From: Octopus sinensis
Taxonomy: Eukaryota
Length of the DNA stretch: 64,000 nt
Assembly (NCBI RefSeq): GCF_006345805.1
Contig: NC_043007.1
Span: forward strand, 52,390,001-52,454,000
Direction of reading: 5' to 3'
Below the pieces are notes generated by a model. That model saw nothing but the letters and a program-made list of their open reading frames with translations, had not been told where the DNA came from and made no database searches. The position numbers were made by a program, and so were the translations under genes. Positions 62,940-64,000 of the stretch are shown here, piece by piece; the first letter of the stretch is position 1; the number at the start of each line of letters is the position of its first letter.

Positions 62940-63960
62940 GGTTTCAAAGTGAAGAACTCTGAAATGTCAGTCTCAACCTCCTCTTGGCTTGCAAAAGTTA
63001 TGTCGCCCAAATAATTCGCAAACTATGAAACAAATGGTAGTCTGAAGGAACAAGGTTGGGAGAATAAGGTATATGAGGAATTTTTTCCCAACCAAGCTCT
63101 TCGATCTTCTCTGATGTGATCTTTGCAGTGTGGGGTCATGCATTGTCTTGATGAAACATCACTCCTTTTCGATTCACTAAAGTGGGTCATATTTTCTTCA
63201 AAGCTTGGTTCAAATGCTCTAATTGCTAACAGTAGACTTGAGCATTGATTGTTGCATTAGGTGGTAACAATTCAAAATGAATTACTCCTTTGCAATCCCA
63301 CCAGAGAAAGTGAAGAACCTTTTTCCCTTGAAGTTCCCTTCTTGGTTGTGGCTGAGCTTTTTCCCTTTTACCAAGCCACTGTTTATGACATTTAACATTT
63401 CGATAGAAAATCCATTTTTTGCCACCAGTCACAAGTCTATCCAAAAAGGGTGAAATGAGTTTGCGAGAATGGAGAGAAGAGCAGATGTCAAATCAGGATT
63501 TGCGGTTGCTTTCAGACAATTCATGAGGCACCCATTTTCCAAGTTGTTGAAGATGACGAGGAACAGTTGTATGGTTTGAACTAAGATTTATTGCTAATTC
63601 TTCAATTGATAATGCAGGATTTTCTTCAAATAATGCATTGAGCTTATCAAACTCAACTGGACGTCCTGCTTGATCTTCATCTTCAAGGCTAAAGTCTCCA
63701 TTTCTGAATTTTGCAAACCATCTTCTGCAAGTTCTTTCATTCAAGCATCCTTTCCCATAAACTGAGAGTATGTTTCAAGTCGCTTCGGTTACAGAGTTTC
63801 CTTTTTTGTACTCATAAGTCATTATGTGCCTCAAATGTTCATTGGATACTTCCATGTTAGAAAGGGTTTTAATCAAAGAAATTTTAATTCTATTATTCTG
63901 TAAAATAATGTTTAATTAGTTTAAATGTACACAAAAGCATAAAAATAATTTTTAATTCCA
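62940..63960 (-). mobile_element. Decayed mariner transposon (near full-length transposase pseudogene)
   Basis: RTCRRWFAKFRNGDFSL, WVPHEL, LVTG..KWIFY, WWDCKGVIHFELL, HQDNA, PYSPNL..SDYHLF. Confidence 0.9.
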
Positions 63961-64000
63961 TTAGACATTCGAAAATACTATTAAATTTGATTCAATTTTA

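Overview
Eukaryotic, AT-rich, almost entirely repeat-derived DNA. The SINE families, microsatellite load and transposon mix suggest an octopus or other cephalopod genome (inference, no search run). No prokaryotic genes, rRNA, intact tRNA genes or CRISPR arrays are seen. The window holds decayed RTE-clade LINEs, at least seven Penelope-like element (PLE) fragments, Ty3/Gypsy remnants, mariner/Tc1/pogo MITEs, a fossil Helitron, non-autonomous Helitron-like elements, SINEs, fold-back palindromes and long (TA)n/(TACA)n/(CA)n tracts. A few candidate host exons lie on the minus strand at 51-59 kb. The best candidate for an undescribed system is at 43022-44075: a GC-rich 357-bp unit in tandem and inverted copies, each with a minimal type I hammerhead ribozyme. 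The unit is also exactly one ATG-to-TAA reading frame (118 aa, stop abutting the next start), and the ribozyme site cuts inside it, so it looks like a possibly coding retrozyme-type circular RNA. Other highlights: several further hammerhead motifs in PLE pseudo-LTRs, a Gypsy remnant whose primer site extends into a 51-nt copy of tRNA-Trp, RTE LINEs with three tandem C-terminal C2H2 fingers, an RTE with a PHD-type finger after the RT core, and a 78-bp target-site duplication. Boundaries of decayed elements are approximate.
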